NCBI GenBank assembly: GCA_965219995.1
Contig: CBDCOX010000002.1
Location: 512,001 to 576,000, forward strand
Length of the DNA stretch: 64,000 bases
Direction of reading: 5' to 3'
From: Candidatus Latescibacterota bacterium
GTDB taxonomy: Bacteria; Latescibacterota; UBA2968; GCA-2709665
Shown one piece after another: positions 9,835-20,982 of this stretch. A program made the position numbers and the translations under genes. The notes beneath the pieces were generated by a model that saw nothing but the letters and a program-made list of their open reading frames with translations, did not search any database and was not told the DNA's origin. Position 1 is the stretch's first letter. Every line of letters starts with the position of its first letter.

Positions 9835-9995
9835 GAAGCTGTTTTAAAATTCCCGGTGAGTCCCGAGCGCGAGCGAAAAAGCGACGGTCAAGACGGTCAA
9901 ATCCGCCCATATTTAGCTATACGGGTGGTTTTGACCAACGCCGAACGGCGCGTTTACAGCCGCGCGAAGACCGCTGGGGATTTTGAAACAGCTTC
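9835..9995. mobile_element. 161-bp MITE, IS5-family-like ends
   Basis: TIRs GAAGCTGTTTTAAAATTCCC / GGGGATTTTGAAACAGCTTC; TAA on both flanks (9832-9834, 9996-9998); internal palindrome. Confidence 0.8.
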
Positions 9996-10001
9996 TAAAG
10001 C

Positions 10002-10030
10002 AGTATATATTAATCAGTAAGCCTTGTCAA
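10002..10030 (-). promoter_or_regulatory. Near-consensus sigma70 promoter facing the WYL gene
   Basis: TTGACA(10030-10025)-N17-TATACT(10007-10002). Confidence 0.75.
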
Positions 10031-10152
10031 GCTGCAATGCCCGGGTCTGGCCTGAACAGAAGAGGGAGGGATTCCAGGCGATCGATTCGTATATTGTCTC
10101 GCCGTTTCTACCGTTGTTGCGCACGCAATACCGGAAATCACGTAAAGGACCG

Positions 10153-10752
10153 ATGCGACGAATTCACGCCCGGCAGGTTGCGGCGAGGACGCTATCGGCG
10201 GTATTCAGTCCCCCGCTGGCAGCGGCCGGCCTGTTGACGATGATGATCTGTCGGCTCCCTGCGCCACCGATGCAACGCGCCGGATGGCTGGCCGCCGGTT
10301 TGCTGTTTGCGACCTGTCTGCCGACGCTTTACGTGGGTCTTCTCGTCGCGCGCAGGGAGGTGGATGGATTCTATATAGGGGTGCGATCCCACCGGCAGAA
10401 GCCCCTGCTGGTGAGTTCCGCGAGCTGCCTTGCGGGGTTTGTCGTATTGTGGGCGACGGGTGCGCCCCCGCCGATACCTGGATTCCTGCTGGGCTGTTTT
10501 TTTCTCGGGCTGATTGCCGCCTGGACGAACGTGCGATGGAAGATCAGTCTGCACGCTGCGGGCGTGTGCGGCACCATGGCGATGCTGCATCTCCTGCTGG
10601 GACCTTCGTCCGTCTACTGGCTGCCGCTGCCGCTGGCGGTCTGTTGGGCGCGCGTTGTCATCGGCGCACACTCGATGAGGCAGGTTGCGGCGGGCTGCGG
10701 GGTGGGCTTTGTCGTTGTATGGGTTGTCGCCTTCATGTATATGAATGCCTGA
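10153..10752 (+). CDS. PAP2-superfamily-like membrane protein
   Basis: Multiple TM segments; WKISLHAAG and WARV..GAHS motifs. Confidence 0.7.
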   Translation: MRRIHARQVAARTLSAVFSPPLAAAGLLTMMICRLPAPPMQRAGWLAAGLLFATCLPTLYVGLLVARREVDGFYIGVRSHRQKPLLVSSASCLAGFVVLWATGAPPPIPGFLLGCFFLGLIAAWTNVRWKISLHAAGVCGTMAMLHLLLGPSSVYWLPLPLAVCWARVVIGAHSMRQVAAGCGVGFVVVWVVAFMYMNA

Positions 10753-10780
10753 ACCGGGGCGTCGCAGGATTACGCAAGAG

Positions 10781-12012
10781 CTATTCAGCATATACTTCCG
10801 TGTCCTGCCAGAACGTGATCCAGGCAAACCAGAACGCACCGTGCCCGGGTATCTGCTCCAGCACGCTGTCTTCCAGGGGCCCCGCGATGGCCCTGCCCTT
10901 CAGGTCCCACGTGGACCCGGTCTCCCGGTCCCGCAACATGAAGGGGTAGGTCCGCGATGTAGACGGGACCCTGTCGAAGTTCAGGGTCTGCCGTGCGTAG
11001 TCCCGTCTGTAGGCGACGGCCATCCGCTCTGCGCCATACCATACCACCACGATGTTTTCTTCCGCCAGCGTGTCGTTGATCACCGCCATTTCGCCGAGGG
11101 CCGATGCGGGATATGCTTTCGCCTTCTCGATAAACCGAACCCCGAACGTGTGCTCCTTCGGCGAATAGAGCCTTGCGAGCGGATTGTCTTCAAGACGCGA
11201 AACACCCGGAACCGCGGCGCGGACTCGAGATCGCGATATAGTCCATAGGGATATATATTATAATCACTTGCGTCAAACGCGCCCGGTGTGTTTATACTGA
11301 TGACGAATGTGTCGGGATAGAGCTGTTTCCAGTATCGCCATGTGGTTTCGACGAATGGTGGCGTATTCAGGACCCATCCGGCCCTGACGCCCGAGATGCC
11401 GGTGTGGGTCATTTGGGGATAGCGAATCTGGTCGTCGTTCAGATCGTACATGATCAGGTTGTTGTTGAAGAGTTCTCCGGACGCGCCGAATTTGAGCCGG
11501 TTGATCGCACCTCCGCTCCACGCCGCGAATACGATGCCGCTACCGGTGAGCGGCGAGAATGTGACCGCGATGGGCTGGCCCCCGATGCGGTCGTTGACGA
11601 TCTGGTGGTACCACGCCATCTTGTGTGGGTAGGCTTTGGAAATGCCGTTCAGGCGCACGCCGATGACCAGGTCTTCGTCCGACAGATACCGGGCCTCGGC
11701 CGATGCGGCGGGAACGAACCGTGGATCGATCAGTGCCCGCGTTGCGTCCTTGCGGGTAACCTGCTCGATTCTGTCGTGGGGAAACGTCAGCGGGTTGAGA
11801 AAATTTCGCCCTGTGGAGTCGACGAGCCTGGCGCCCGTCGAGTCCGCACTGCCGCCGGCATCGTCCTGCAGGACGGTCTTGAACGTCCGGCCGCCGGAGC
11901 TTTCGGATTCGTCGGTTGAATCGACGGGTGTCTCTCCGCCGCACCTGAAGACGCCAATGAGAAGCAGGGCGAGGCAGAGGACGAATGGAAATCGTGAAAT
12001 AGAAGCCGTCAT
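10781..12012 (-). pseudogene. DUF3179-family lipoprotein split by a 1-bp deletion near 11200
   Basis: Frame changes after ...FRVF to RLEDNPLARLYSPKEHTFGVRF..., colinear with the intact paralog at 14793-15962; ends AFWFAWITFWQDT. Confidence 0.8.
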
Positions 12013-12168
12013 GTCGACCTGCCATCGTCGCGGGTTTCGGCGCCTGCCGTTTCCAGCGACATGGACCCGGGTATGAAATCGCCGGGCGCAGCAGGCCCAT
12101 TCACGGCCTCAACTTGCCCGCCAATGCAACGGCCGGACGGAATCCGGGGGTATTCGTTCTGCCGGTCC

Positions 12169-12792
12169 CTACCTGAAAAACATCGATACGCCGACCGTCG
12201 CAACGTGACGGTTAAAGCGCTCGTCCCCGGTGAATAAAGCCACGTACGAGTATCGGGTGGTGAGTGCCGTCCGGTTGGAGAGCGCGCGCCTGAACCCGAC
12301 GCCACCGCCGACTTCGCTCACGCCGGACCACCCCCAGTAGTCTCTGGCGGCGAATGCCTCCAGGAACGGCCGGGTGCGTCTGTCCACTCTCAGCGGAATG
12401 TTCAGCCGATAGAAGCCTGACAGCGAGGAGCCGAATCCGTCCTCCGCGGACGCAGGATATCCGGCTCTGGTCTGCACGGGCGGCTGCGGCACTTCCATGA
12501 TATCCGTTCGATCTCCCCAGCGATCGTATGCCCGGTTTCCGACGACGAAGGCGCCGCCGACCTGGTGCAGCCGGCTCAACGCAACCCCGATCGACACGCC
12601 GCCCTGGTAGACCACCGAACCGTCGGAAAGACCGACCGACAGAATGGGTATGACCTCCAGGCGGCCCGCACGAACGGGATTCAGGGTCACGCCCGCTTCA
12701 CTTTCGGGTTCCTCTCCCGGAAAAATGTCGGCGTGCGCGGAGTGCGTCCAGGCCAACAGGCCGGCTGTCAGAAACACAACTGAGATTCTCAT
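12169..12792 (-). CDS. Putative outer-membrane beta-barrel protein
   Basis: Signal peptide (AHA), amphipathic strands, C-terminal VGVSMFFR. Confidence 0.55.
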   Translation of the reverse strand: MRISVVFLTAGLLAWTHSAHADIFPGEEPESEAGVTLNPVRAGRLEVIPILSVGLSDGSVVYQGGVSIGVALSRLHQVGGAFVVGNRAYDRWGDRTDIMEVPQPPVQTRAGYPASAEDGFGSSLSGFYRLNIPLRVDRRTRPFLEAFAARDYWGWSGVSEVGGGVGFRRALSNRTALTTRYSYVALFTGDERFNRHVATVGVSMFFR

Positions 12793-12831
12793 GGTGCGAC
12801 TCCTTTCGTCAAAGAGTACTCGAACAGCTTG

Positions 12832-13596
12832 TCAGATACAACCCGGTATGGAGGCGCCCCTGACCAGCATGGCGTCGTTCTGTCCGACCGGGCCTGTAAA
12901 GCGGCATCTTGCGCTGACGTAGTGCGTGGCATATCCCCGCCGGCGCAGGTTGGTCCGATTCGGCCTGCTGCAGTGAAGAATCAGGCCATGATGAAAACTG
13001 CAACTCCCCGCTTTCAACTCGATGGCCCGTTCTTCCGGAAGTCTGCCGTCCAGCGACATCTGTTCATAGCCCGCCCATTCCTCCTTCGGGATGATCCCGA
13101 ACCGGTGGGTGCCCGGCAGCATCCACAGGCAACCGTTTTCCACCGTCGCGTCGTTCAGGGCGGCCCAGCAGGTAACCATATCGGGCGGGTCGATGTGAAA
13201 TCCGAGCGGCATATCCTGGTGGTAGGGTTGCCGGGAGCCGATTCTTGGGGGCTTCATGAACCACTGGTCCTGATAGAGCTTCAGGTCCGGACCGAGCAGG
13301 GACTCGATCACGTCCAGTACCTTCGGGTTGCGCGCATGGGCTTCGAATACGCCGTCGCAGAAAGCGAGATGGCTCATCTTTCGCAGAGAGTCCGCAACCG
13401 TGCCCGCCGCCGCCCTTCCTGCGTTCACCTCGGGCTCCAGCTGCAGGCGCTCGCTGGAGACATGCGGCGCACTGCCGCTCGCCACCCATTCGGCCCGTGC
13501 AAGGAGCGCAGAGACTTCGTCGGCGTCAAGCAGGTCCTCGACCACCAGCACTCCTTCTTCCCGGAACCTGTTCACCTGGGTTTCCGACAGTTTCAT
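12832..13596 (-). CDS. Phytanoyl-CoA dioxygenase family protein
   Basis: FMKPP..GS.QPYHQD, ATVENGCLWMLPGTH, FHHGLILHCS.PN...RR. Confidence 0.9.
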   Translation of the reverse strand: MKLSETQVNRFREEGVLVVEDLLDADEVSALLARAEWVASGSAPHVSSERLQLEPEVNAGRAAAGTVADSLRKMSHLAFCDGVFEAHARNPKVLDVIESLLGPDLKLYQDQWFMKPPRIGSRQPYHQDMPLGFHIDPPDMVTCWAALNDATVENGCLWMLPGTHRFGIIPKEEWAGYEQMSLDGRLPEERAIELKAGSCSFHHGLILHCSRPNRTNLRRRGYATHYVSARCRFTGPVGQNDAMLVRGASIPGCI

Positions 13597-13725
13597 CTCA
13601 ACCCCTTCTTTCACCGGGACCCGGGTGCGATACACCGGCAGCAGGCTCCCGCGCGTTGCCGTGCGTTGTCGAAAGTGCGCCGGAACCGTTTTCAGGTTGC
13701 CCGCGACGCACCGGATCGAAAACGT

Positions 13726-14685
13726 TCATTTCGCCAAGGGACTGTTGTTCCGGCGGAATGGATTTCCCTTATAAGAAAGACCGACGACCGCCATCCATCC
13801 AGCCGGATAGTTCCGGCCGGCGACGGAGATGTTTATGGCCGTTTCCATGGTAAACCCGCGAAAAGGCCCTAAGTTGATTACCGGAGAGACATAAGTGATC
13901 CTCTTGACGTCGGAGCGGATCGGGGTACCAAAGACGGTAGCAGCCTTGCCCCGGATGCCGTGGACCTTGATTCCGAACAGCGCGAGCCGGCGCACCTCGA
14001 AGCCGCCTTCTGCGATGAAGAACCACTCGTCGCCGGGGTCGCGGTCGATTTCACCGTTCCTGCGTCGCAGCCGATAACCGACGTCCGAACTGACGTATGC
14101 CGGTACCGGCCAGAAGGACCGGCCCAATTGAACGGCAGCGTCGAAATCCCACTGTCCTTCTCCGACGGGAATCAGCCCGTCTTCATTCACGAATTCGCCG
14201 GTCGGCGCCTTGAACCCCGCCTTGAACGTACCCACGGTGCGCCGGTTCAACAGCCTGACTTTCAGGAATCCTCGGATATCTCCGAAACCGGTTGCTCTCC
14301 GAGGTTCGCCGAAGCCGGTAAGGAGGGCGGCGTCCTGGTACTCCTGTCGGAAAAAGGGTACCTGAATTCCGACATCGACTCTGTCCGTTGCGCCGTAGAA
14401 GAGGTCGAAAAACAGGGCGCGGGAACGATACCTGCCGTCAAATCGATACCTGGCGCGGTTTCCTTCGTTGTACACCCTTCCGAGATCCGGCCCTCTTCCC
14501 GATCCGGCGGCGCCGACGTATTCTTCGTGGGTGGTCCAACCCAGGTAGGCGACCTTGCACCACACGTGATCCCCGGGCAGCGTCCAGGCCCCCGCGATCA
14601 CATTGCCGGGAATCTGGCAGGCGAAGAGTGCGAGAAAGGCGGCCGCGAGCGGCCTGCGGCGCACGGGGATCATGGTCCGGTCCAC
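13726..14685 (-). CDS. Outer-membrane transporter-like protein (MetA-pathway type barrel)
   Basis: AWTL, GFGDIR, FKAPTG, GEGQWD, DPGDEW motifs. Confidence 0.6.
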   Translation of the reverse strand: MDRTMIPVRRRPLAAAFLALFACQIPGNVIAGAWTLPGDHVWCKVAYLGWTTHEEYVGAAGSGRGPDLGRVYNEGNRARYRFDGRYRSRALFFDLFYGATDRVDVGIQVPFFRQEYQDAALLTGFGEPRRATGFGDIRGFLKVRLLNRRTVGTFKAGFKAPTGEFVNEDGLIPVGEGQWDFDAAVQLGRSFWPVPAYVSSDVGYRLRRRNGEIDRDPGDEWFFIAEGGFEVRRLALFGIKVHGIRGKAATVFGTPIRSDVKRITYVSPVINLGPFRGFTMETAINISVAGRNYPAGWMAVVGLSYKGNPFRRNNSPLAK

Positions 14686-14792
14686 AGGCGGGGCCCCGGA
14701 AGCGTATATATCCTCATCGATGCGGGATTTGCGGAAATGGCCAATTGTCCATCCGTGCCGACCCGGCGTGCCGGGCGTTCTGTGTGCGATGG

Positions 14793-15962
14793 TCAGGGCG
14801 AGTAGACCCCGGTGTCCTGCCAGAAGGTCGCCCAGGCGAACCAGAATGCGTTGTGTGCGGGAATCTGATAGAGCTGGCTGCCTCTGAGCTCACCCGCCAA
14901 TGCCCGTCCCAGAAGGTTCCAGGTCGTGCCGGTCTCCCGGTCTTTCAGCATAAAGGTGAACCGACGGTCTGAAGAAGGTACGCTCTCGAACGTCAGTGTC
15001 CGATTGCCCACGTCCCGTCGGAAGGGCAGGGCCATCCGGGCCGCGGCGTCATAGACCACGAGGACGTTTTCGTCCGAGATTCGATCGTTGATAACGGCCC
15101 GATCGTCGCCCATTCGGGAAAAGGGATAGGCCTTGGCGACGTCCCCGAATCGAACGCCCAGTACGATTTCCTTCGGCGGGAAATCGAAGATGATGGGATT
15201 GTCGTCCGGCTCCGGAAACAGGGGGAACAGCGGCGCCGACTCCGGGTTGCGGTAGCCGGTGTACGGATACGTTGTATACCGCTCCGTGCGAAACGTCCCC
15301 CTTGACGTGGAGCTGACGACCAGTGTGCCCGGGTACAGGCGTTTCCAGTTGCTCCACGTGGTTTCCACCACCGGCATCAACGTGAGTTCTTTTTCGGTAC
15401 CGAATCCTTTAATGCCGATGTGCGTCATCTGGGGGTACAGGGTGTCGTCATGGCGGCGGTCGTACATGACCAGGTTGTTATTGAACAGCAGGCCGGATAC
15501 GCCGAATTCCAGACGCTCGTCGTCCTCTCCCCGGCCGTCGAACACCATACCGGTCCCCGTGAGCGGGCACAACGTGACGACCACGTGCCGGTCGCCGGTA
15601 ACGTCGTTGACGATTTCATGGTGCCATCCGATATTGTGCGGGTAGGCCTTGGCGACGCCGTTGACGTAGAGGCCAAGTACGAGATCCTCGTCTTGCACGT
15701 ACGAGGCATCGGCGGACCGCTCCCGGACAAAATCCGGATCCGTAAGCGCGGGAATGCCGTCTTTGGCCACGCCTCCGCTGATCACGTGATTCATGGGAAA
15801 ACGCGAGACGTCCAGGAAGTTCTTCGACGGCAGCGCCGCGGTCCTGTCGTCGTTGCCTCCCCTTCCCGGCGGAGACTCCGGAGCGGAGGGATTCCTTTCG
15901 CCGCAAGCCGAGAATGCGCCGGCGATCAGGAACGGAACCGCGAGATGGCGGAGACGGATCAT
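14793..15962 (-). CDS. DUF3179-family lipoprotein
   Basis: Lipobox AFSAC; GGVAKDGIPAL, KAYP..I.WHHEIVND, CPLTG, FGVSGLLFNNNLVMYDR, FWFAW. Confidence 0.9.
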   Translation of the reverse strand: MIRLRHLAVPFLIAGAFSACGERNPSAPESPPGRGGNDDRTAALPSKNFLDVSRFPMNHVISGGVAKDGIPALTDPDFVRERSADASYVQDEDLVLGLYVNGVAKAYPHNIGWHHEIVNDVTGDRHVVVTLCPLTGTGMVFDGRGEDDERLEFGVSGLLFNNNLVMYDRRHDDTLYPQMTHIGIKGFGTEKELTLMPVVETTWSNWKRLYPGTLVVSSTSRGTFRTERYTTYPYTGYRNPESAPLFPLFPEPDDNPIIFDFPPKEIVLGVRFGDVAKAYPFSRMGDDRAVINDRISDENVLVVYDAAARMALPFRRDVGNRTLTFESVPSSDRRFTFMLKDRETGTTWNLLGRALAGELRGSQLYQIPAHNAFWFAWATFWQDTGVYSP

Positions 15963-16223
15963 ATCGTGCCTTTCTGCAATGAAATTTACGCAGATTGCAC
16001 AGGAAAAAAAAGTACATTAAACGGCAGGATCCCGTTTTTTCGCGGCCGATGCCGGAGTTGAACATCCGCCGCGGGTCGGGCCGCCGCGTGCAGGCGGGCA
16101 GATTCCGACCTCGCCGACGGCCGTGAAACTGCGCATAGTTCTTGCTTTTGCATCGATCGATGTCTAAATTATCTATACATTTGGTCACTGTTTGTCGACG
16201 GATAAACGTTCAAGAGGACGACG

Positions 16224-18239
16224 ATGACGAGATTCCGGGTCCAGGCGCCGTTTGAACCGGCGGGCGACCAGCCGGAGGCCATCGACGAATTGGGCGAGGG
16301 TGTCCGGAGAGGCGACCGTTTTCAGACGCTCATGGGGGCGACCGGCACCGGCAAGACATTTACGATATCGAAGGTCATCGAGGCGGTTCAGATGCCGACC
16401 CTGGTGATCTCGCACAACAAGACGCTGGCAGCTCAGCTATACGGCGAATTCAAGACGTTCTTTCCCGAAAACGCCGTGGAATATTTCATTTCCTATTACG
16501 ACTATTATCAGCCGGAGGCCTATAAGCCGGTCACCGATACGTTTATCGAAAAGGAAGCGGATATCAACGATGAGATCAACCGGCTTCGCCTGCGTGCGAC
16601 AAGCGCGCTGATGGAACGACAGGACGTGATTATCGTTGCCAGCGTATCCTGCATTTACGGCATCGGCAACCCGGAGGAATACGAGGGTATGCACGTCATG
16701 ATCGACCGGGGGGACAGGCTGGACCGGGACGAGCTGCTTCGCCGGCTGGTGGATATTCACTATACGCGCAACGACGTGGACTTCGGCCCGGGTACCTTCA
16801 GGGTGCGGGGGGACGTGGTGGAGATCTATCGGCCCGATCGGGACGATCCGGTGCGCGTGGAGTTCTTCGGAGACGAAGTGGACGCGATCAGTCTGGTACA
16901 GCCGGTGACCGGCGAGGTGCTGGATGCGCGAGAACGGGCGGCGATTTACCCGGCGCGGCACTTCGTGACCAGCGGCGAGCGGATCGAACGGGCGATCGTG
17001 CAGATCGAGGTTGACATGGCCGCGCAGCTGGAAGCATTCAAGAACCAGGGAAAACTGCTGGAAGCCCAGCGGCTGGAGACGCGCACGCGGTACGATATCG
17101 AGATGATGAGAGAGATCGGATACTGCGCCGGAATCGAGAATTACTCGAGATATATCGACGGGCGGGAACCCGGTCAGCCGCCTCACGTGCTGCTTGATTA
17201 TTTTCCGGAGGAATTCCTGATTGTGATTGACGAGTCGCACGTGACGCTGCCGCAGGTCCGGGGGATGTGGAACGCCGATCGATCGCGAAAGACGACGCTG
17301 GTCGAACACGGATTCAGGCTGCCCGCCGCGCTGGACAACCGCCCGCTCTATTTCGATGAATTCGAAGGCAAGATGCAGACGGCGATCTTTATGTCCGCCA
17401 CGCCCGCGGACTACGAACTGGATAAGTCGGAGGGCATCGTCGTCGAGCAGATTATTAGGCCTACCGGCGTTCTGGACCCGGAGATGCTGGTGCGTCCGGT
17501 CCGCGGGCAGGTGGACGATCTGATCGACGAGGTCCGCGAGCGGGTCGGCCGGAAGGAACGGGTGCTCGTAACCGCGCTGACCAAGAGAATGTCGGAGGAC
17601 CTGGCCGAATACATGCGCGACCTGGGGATTCGCGCCCGCTATATGCATTCGGAAATCGACTCACTGGAGCGCGTTGAGATCGTGAGGGGATTGCGGCTGG
17701 GTGAATTCGACGTACTTGTGGGGGTGAACCTGCTGCGGGAGGGACTGGATCTGCCGGAGGTGTCCCTGGTCGCGATTCTGGATGCGGATAAAGAAGGCTT
17801 CCTGCGCTCGACGCGTTCCCTGATCCAGACGGCGGGCCGGGCGGCCAGAAACCTGGCCGGCAAGGTCGTCTTATACGCGGACGAGATCACGGATTCCATG
17901 AGGCGGGCCATCGAGGAGACCAACCGCAGGCGTCAGGTGCAGCAGGCGTACAACGAGCGGCACGGTGTCACGCCGCAGACGGTCTACAAGAGCAGGGACG
18001 AGATTCTGCAGGCCACGGCGGTCGCCGACGCCAGGCAGGAAGAGGTGCCGCTTGCGGCGGAAGAGACGTCCGGGTACGAGGTCGGCGCCAATCTGGTCGA
18101 CGTCATCTCCGATCTCGAAGAAAAGATGGCCAGGGCCGCCGCGGAACTGGCGTTCGAACGGGCGGCCGAATACCGGGACGAGATTTCCAGGCTGAGAGCC
18201 GGCTTGAAAGGGGTCTCGGACGGCGCCGCACAGGCTTGA
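16224..18239 (+). CDS. uvrB: Excinuclease ABC subunit B
   Basis: [34 protein letters not shown]-terminal UVR domain. Confidence 0.98.
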   Translation: MTRFRVQAPFEPAGDQPEAIDELGEGVRRGDRFQTLMGATGTGKTFTISKVIEAVQMPTLVISHNKTLAAQLYGEFKTFFPENAVEYFISYYDYYQPEAYKPVTDTFIEKEADINDEINRLRLRATSALMERQDVIIVASVSCIYGIGNPEEYEGMHVMIDRGDRLDRDELLRRLVDIHYTRNDVDFGPGTFRVRGDVVEIYRPDRDDPVRVEFFGDEVDAISLVQPVTGEVLDARERAAIYPARHFVTSGERIERAIVQIEVDMAAQLEAFKNQGKLLEAQRLETRTRYDIEMMREIGYCAGIENYSRYIDGREPGQPPHVLLDYFPEEFLIVIDESHVTLPQVRGMWNADRSRKTTLVEHGFRLPAALDNRPLYFDEFEGKMQTAIFMSATPADYELDKSEGIVVEQIIRPTGVLDPEMLVRPVRGQVDDLIDEVRERVGRKERVLVTALTKRMSEDLAEYMRDLGIRARYMHSEIDSLERVEIVRGLRLGEFDVLVGVNLLREGLDLPEVSLVAILDADKEGFLRSTRSLIQTAGRAARNLAGKVVLYADEITDSMRRAIEETNRRRQVQQAYNERHGVTPQTVYKSRDEILQATAVADARQEEVPLAAEETSGYEVGANLVDVISDLEEKMARAAAELAFERAAEYRDEISRLRAGLKGVSDGAAQA

Positions 18240-18243
18240 TGAG

Positions 18244-19107
18244 ATGGCGAATCCTACGGAATGGGACGGCATCGACCGTGTCGTGGACGCGGCGATCCGG
18301 GAAGACGTCGGCAGCGGCGACATTTCGACCGCATGGACGGTGCGCGAGGCGGTTCAGGCGCGGGCATTGCTGATTGCGAGGTCGGCGGGCGTGGTCGCGG
18401 GCCTGGCTGTGGCGGAGCGGGTATTTCAGCGGGTCGATTCACGAATCCGGTTCGCGCCGCGGACCGAGGACGGCGCGCGCGTTGAATGCGAGGATATCCT
18501 GGCGGACGTGACGGGCCCCGCCCGGGGCATTCTCACGGGCGAACGGACGGCGCTGAATTTTCTGCAGCGGATGTGCGGAATCGCAACGGCGACGGCAGCC
18601 TACGTGTCCGCCGTCAGCGGGACCGGCGTGCGGATTCTGGATACCCGGAAAACGGCCCCCGGACTTCGGATGCTGGACAAGTATGCTGTGGTCGCGGGGG
18701 GTGGGTCGAACCACAGGCTGGGACTCCACGATATGGTGCTTCTCAAGGAAAACCATATTGAAGCGGCGGACGGCATCGGGCCGGCGGTGGCCGCGGTGAA
18801 GGCGGCGATGGCCCGGTCCGGAAGGACGGTGATGATCGAAGTAGAGGTGAAAACGCTTCGCGAACTGGACGATGCGCTGGTTTCGGGCGTGGACCGGGTG
18901 TTGCTGGACAATATGGATCTGAACACCACGCGCCTCGCCGTGGCGGCTGCGAAGGCCTTCGGACCGGAGAGCCCCCTTCTCGAGTCATCCGGCAACGTCA
19001 CGCTCGAAACCGTTCGGGCCCTGGCTGAGACCGGCGTCGACCTGATCTCGGTGGGCGCGTTGACGCATTCGACGCCTTCAATGGATATGAGTCTGCTGTT
19101 CCAATGA
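18244..19107 (+). CDS. nadC: Nicotinate-nucleotide pyrophosphorylase (carboxylating)
   Basis: ERTALNFLQ, DTRKT, NHRLGLHD, LKENH, LLDNM, SVGALTHS. Confidence 0.97.
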   Translation: MANPTEWDGIDRVVDAAIREDVGSGDISTAWTVREAVQARALLIARSAGVVAGLAVAERVFQRVDSRIRFAPRTEDGARVECEDILADVTGPARGILTGERTALNFLQRMCGIATATAAYVSAVSGTGVRILDTRKTAPGLRMLDKYAVVAGGGSNHRLGLHDMVLLKENHIEAADGIGPAVAAVKAAMARSGRTVMIEVEVKTLRELDDALVSGVDRVLLDNMDLNTTRLAVAAAKAFGPESPLLESSGNVTLETVRALAETGVDLISVGALTHSTPSMDMSLLFQ

Positions 19108-20138
19108 GCGGAAAACGTCCTGATTCTTCCACGGGACCATCCCCGTGGAAGGGGGGTGTCACGACGCCGGTTTCGTATCGCGTACTCGAAGCGCTTGGCG
19201 GACAGCGGTCCCGGCGCGCACCGGTCGAGAGTCTGGCCGAAAGGCTGTCTTGCAGGCCTGACGATATCCGCGTAGCGATAGGCGCGATCCGGCGCCTCGG
19301 GTATTCGGTTTCGGATCGACCGGGCGCAGGGTTGCGCCTGGACACCCGCGCGGACGTCATCGTCCGGTCCGACCTTCTCCGACGGCTGAGGACCCGTGCG
19401 CTGGGTCGTTCTACGGTATGCTTCCTGGAGTTGGAATCCACGAATGCGCTCGCCATGGGGGCGGCGCTCGCCGGCGCACGGCACGGGACGGCGGTTGTTG
19501 CGGAACATCAGACCGCCGGGCGCGGGCGACTCGGCAGAGCGTGGTTTTCGCCGCCCGGGGTGGGACTCTGGTTCTCACTCATACTCCGGTACGAACTGGA
19601 AATTTCACGCGCCTGGATGCTTACGCTCGGCGCCGCCGCCGCCGTCGCCGACGCCGTCGAGGCTTCCACCGGCGCATGCCCCGAGGTCCGCTGGCCGAAC
19701 GACCTTTACCTGAACGGCCGCAAGCTGGCGGGCATCCTTACGGAGGCGAGGGTCGGCGATGGAGGACTGCGCTTCGCCGTTCTCGGGGTGGGCATCAATG
19801 TCAACCACGAAGCGGCGGATTTTCCCGCCGGTCTGCAGGACACCGCGACGTCACTTCGGTGCGGCACGGGCCGGGAACACGGTCGGACGAGACTCCTGGC
19901 GGAAATCTTCCTCGCGCTGGAGCAGACATTTAGCGGCCTCGACGCGGAGAGGATCAGGGCCTCGTGGAAATGCAGAGCCCGGATGCTGGGCGGGCCGGTT
20001 CGCGTGAAGACGGCCGCGGGGCCGGTCAGGGGCGTGGCGGAGGACGTGGACACCGACGGCGCCCTCCTGGTACGGGACGTCGATGGCCGGACCACGAGGG
20101 TTACGATGGGCGACGTGGGTGGCGAAGCAACGCGTTAG
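19104..20138 (+). CDS. birA: Biotin-[acetyl-CoA carboxylase] ligase with N-terminal HTH
   Basis: STN, AEHQTAGRGRLGRAW, RWPND, KLAGIL, GINVN. Confidence 0.93.
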   Translation: MSGKRPDSSTGPSPWKGGVTTPVSYRVLEALGGQRSRRAPVESLAERLSCRPDDIRVAIGAIRRLGYSVSDRPGAGLRLDTRADVIVRSDLLRRLRTRALGRSTVCFLELESTNALAMGAALAGARHGTAVVAEHQTAGRGRLGRAWFSPPGVGLWFSLILRYELEISRAWMLTLGAAAAVADAVEASTGACPEVRWPNDLYLNGRKLAGILTEARVGDGGLRFAVLGVGINVNHEAADFPAGLQDTATSLRCGTGREHGRTRLLAEIFLALEQTFSGLDAERIRASWKCRARMLGGPVRVKTAAGPVRGVAEDVDTDGALLVRDVDGRTTRVTMGDVGGEATR

Positions 20139-20211
20139 CCAGGCACCGCAGGTGAATTTCCGCCTGTAAGCGCATGGTTTCCCGGCCGGATGCCCAAAAC
20201 CGGGGTGTCGA

Positions 20212-20982
20212 GTGTTTCTCGCGATAGACATCGGGAATTCCAGCATCGGCTGCGCCGTTTTCGACGGCAGCGGCATACGGACTCGCTGGTCCATGAATAC
20301 GGAACCCGGGCTGTGCAGCGCGGACTACGCGTTACGGCTCGACGCCGAATTCGAACGGGCGGATATCGAAATCCGTGCGCTGGACGGGGCTATCGCGTCG
20401 TCGGTGGTCAGGGGTATGACCGACGCGATGGGCACGGCCGTCCGGTCGTTGACGGGGTTTGATCTGATCGAGGCCGACTCCGGAACCGATTTCGGCATCG
20501 ATATCGCGGTGCCCCGGCCCGAGGCCGTGGGCGTCGACCGGCTCCTGGCGGCCGGGGCGGCGTTCCGGCTGGTCGGCAATTCCGTCATTGTTGTTGACGC
20601 CGGGACAGCCCTTACAGTCGACCTGGTTTCCACGGCAGGGTGTTTTGTGGGCGGTTCAATCTCGCCGGGTCTGAAGGCGATGTCGAGAGCGCTCTCGTCG
20701 GGGACCAGTCTGCTGCCGGAGGTTACGCTTGAAGCACCGCCATCGGCGTTGGGTCGGGATACACGGGAATGCATACGGGCGGGGGTGGTATTCGGGGCGG
20801 CCGGAGCCGTGGACCGGCTGGTCGAAGAGCTGGTTGCCGGTGCGGACGCGGCGCCGCGCGTCCTCCTCACGGGCGGAGACGCGCCGTTCCTTTCTCCATT
20901 TCTGAAATCGCCGCACGTTCCCGAGCCGGACCTCGTGCTGCACGGGTTGGCATACGCGTTCAGGAAACGGAATCAGTTGTGA
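20212..20982 (+). CDS. coaX: Type III pantothenate kinase
   Basis: AIDIGNS, GVDR, VDAGTA, TGGDA, LVLHGL. Confidence 0.95.
   Translation: MFLAIDIGNSSIGCAVFDGSGIRTRWSMNTEPGLCSADYALRLDAEFERADIEIRALDGAIASSVVRGMTDAMGTAVRSLTGFDLIEADSGTDFGIDIAVPRPEAVGVDRLLAAGAAFRLVGNSVIVVDAGTALTVDLVSTAGCFVGGSISPGLKAMSRALSSGTSLLPEVTLEAPPSALGRDTRECIRAGVVFGAAGAVDRLVEELVAGADAAPRVLLTGGDAPFLSPFLKSPHVPEPDLVLHGLAYAFRKRNQL

Noticed and set aside
10781-12012. Selenocysteine or programmed frameshift in DUF3179
   Set aside because: No in-frame TGA at the Cys position and no slippery sequence; a simple 1-bp deletion explains the split
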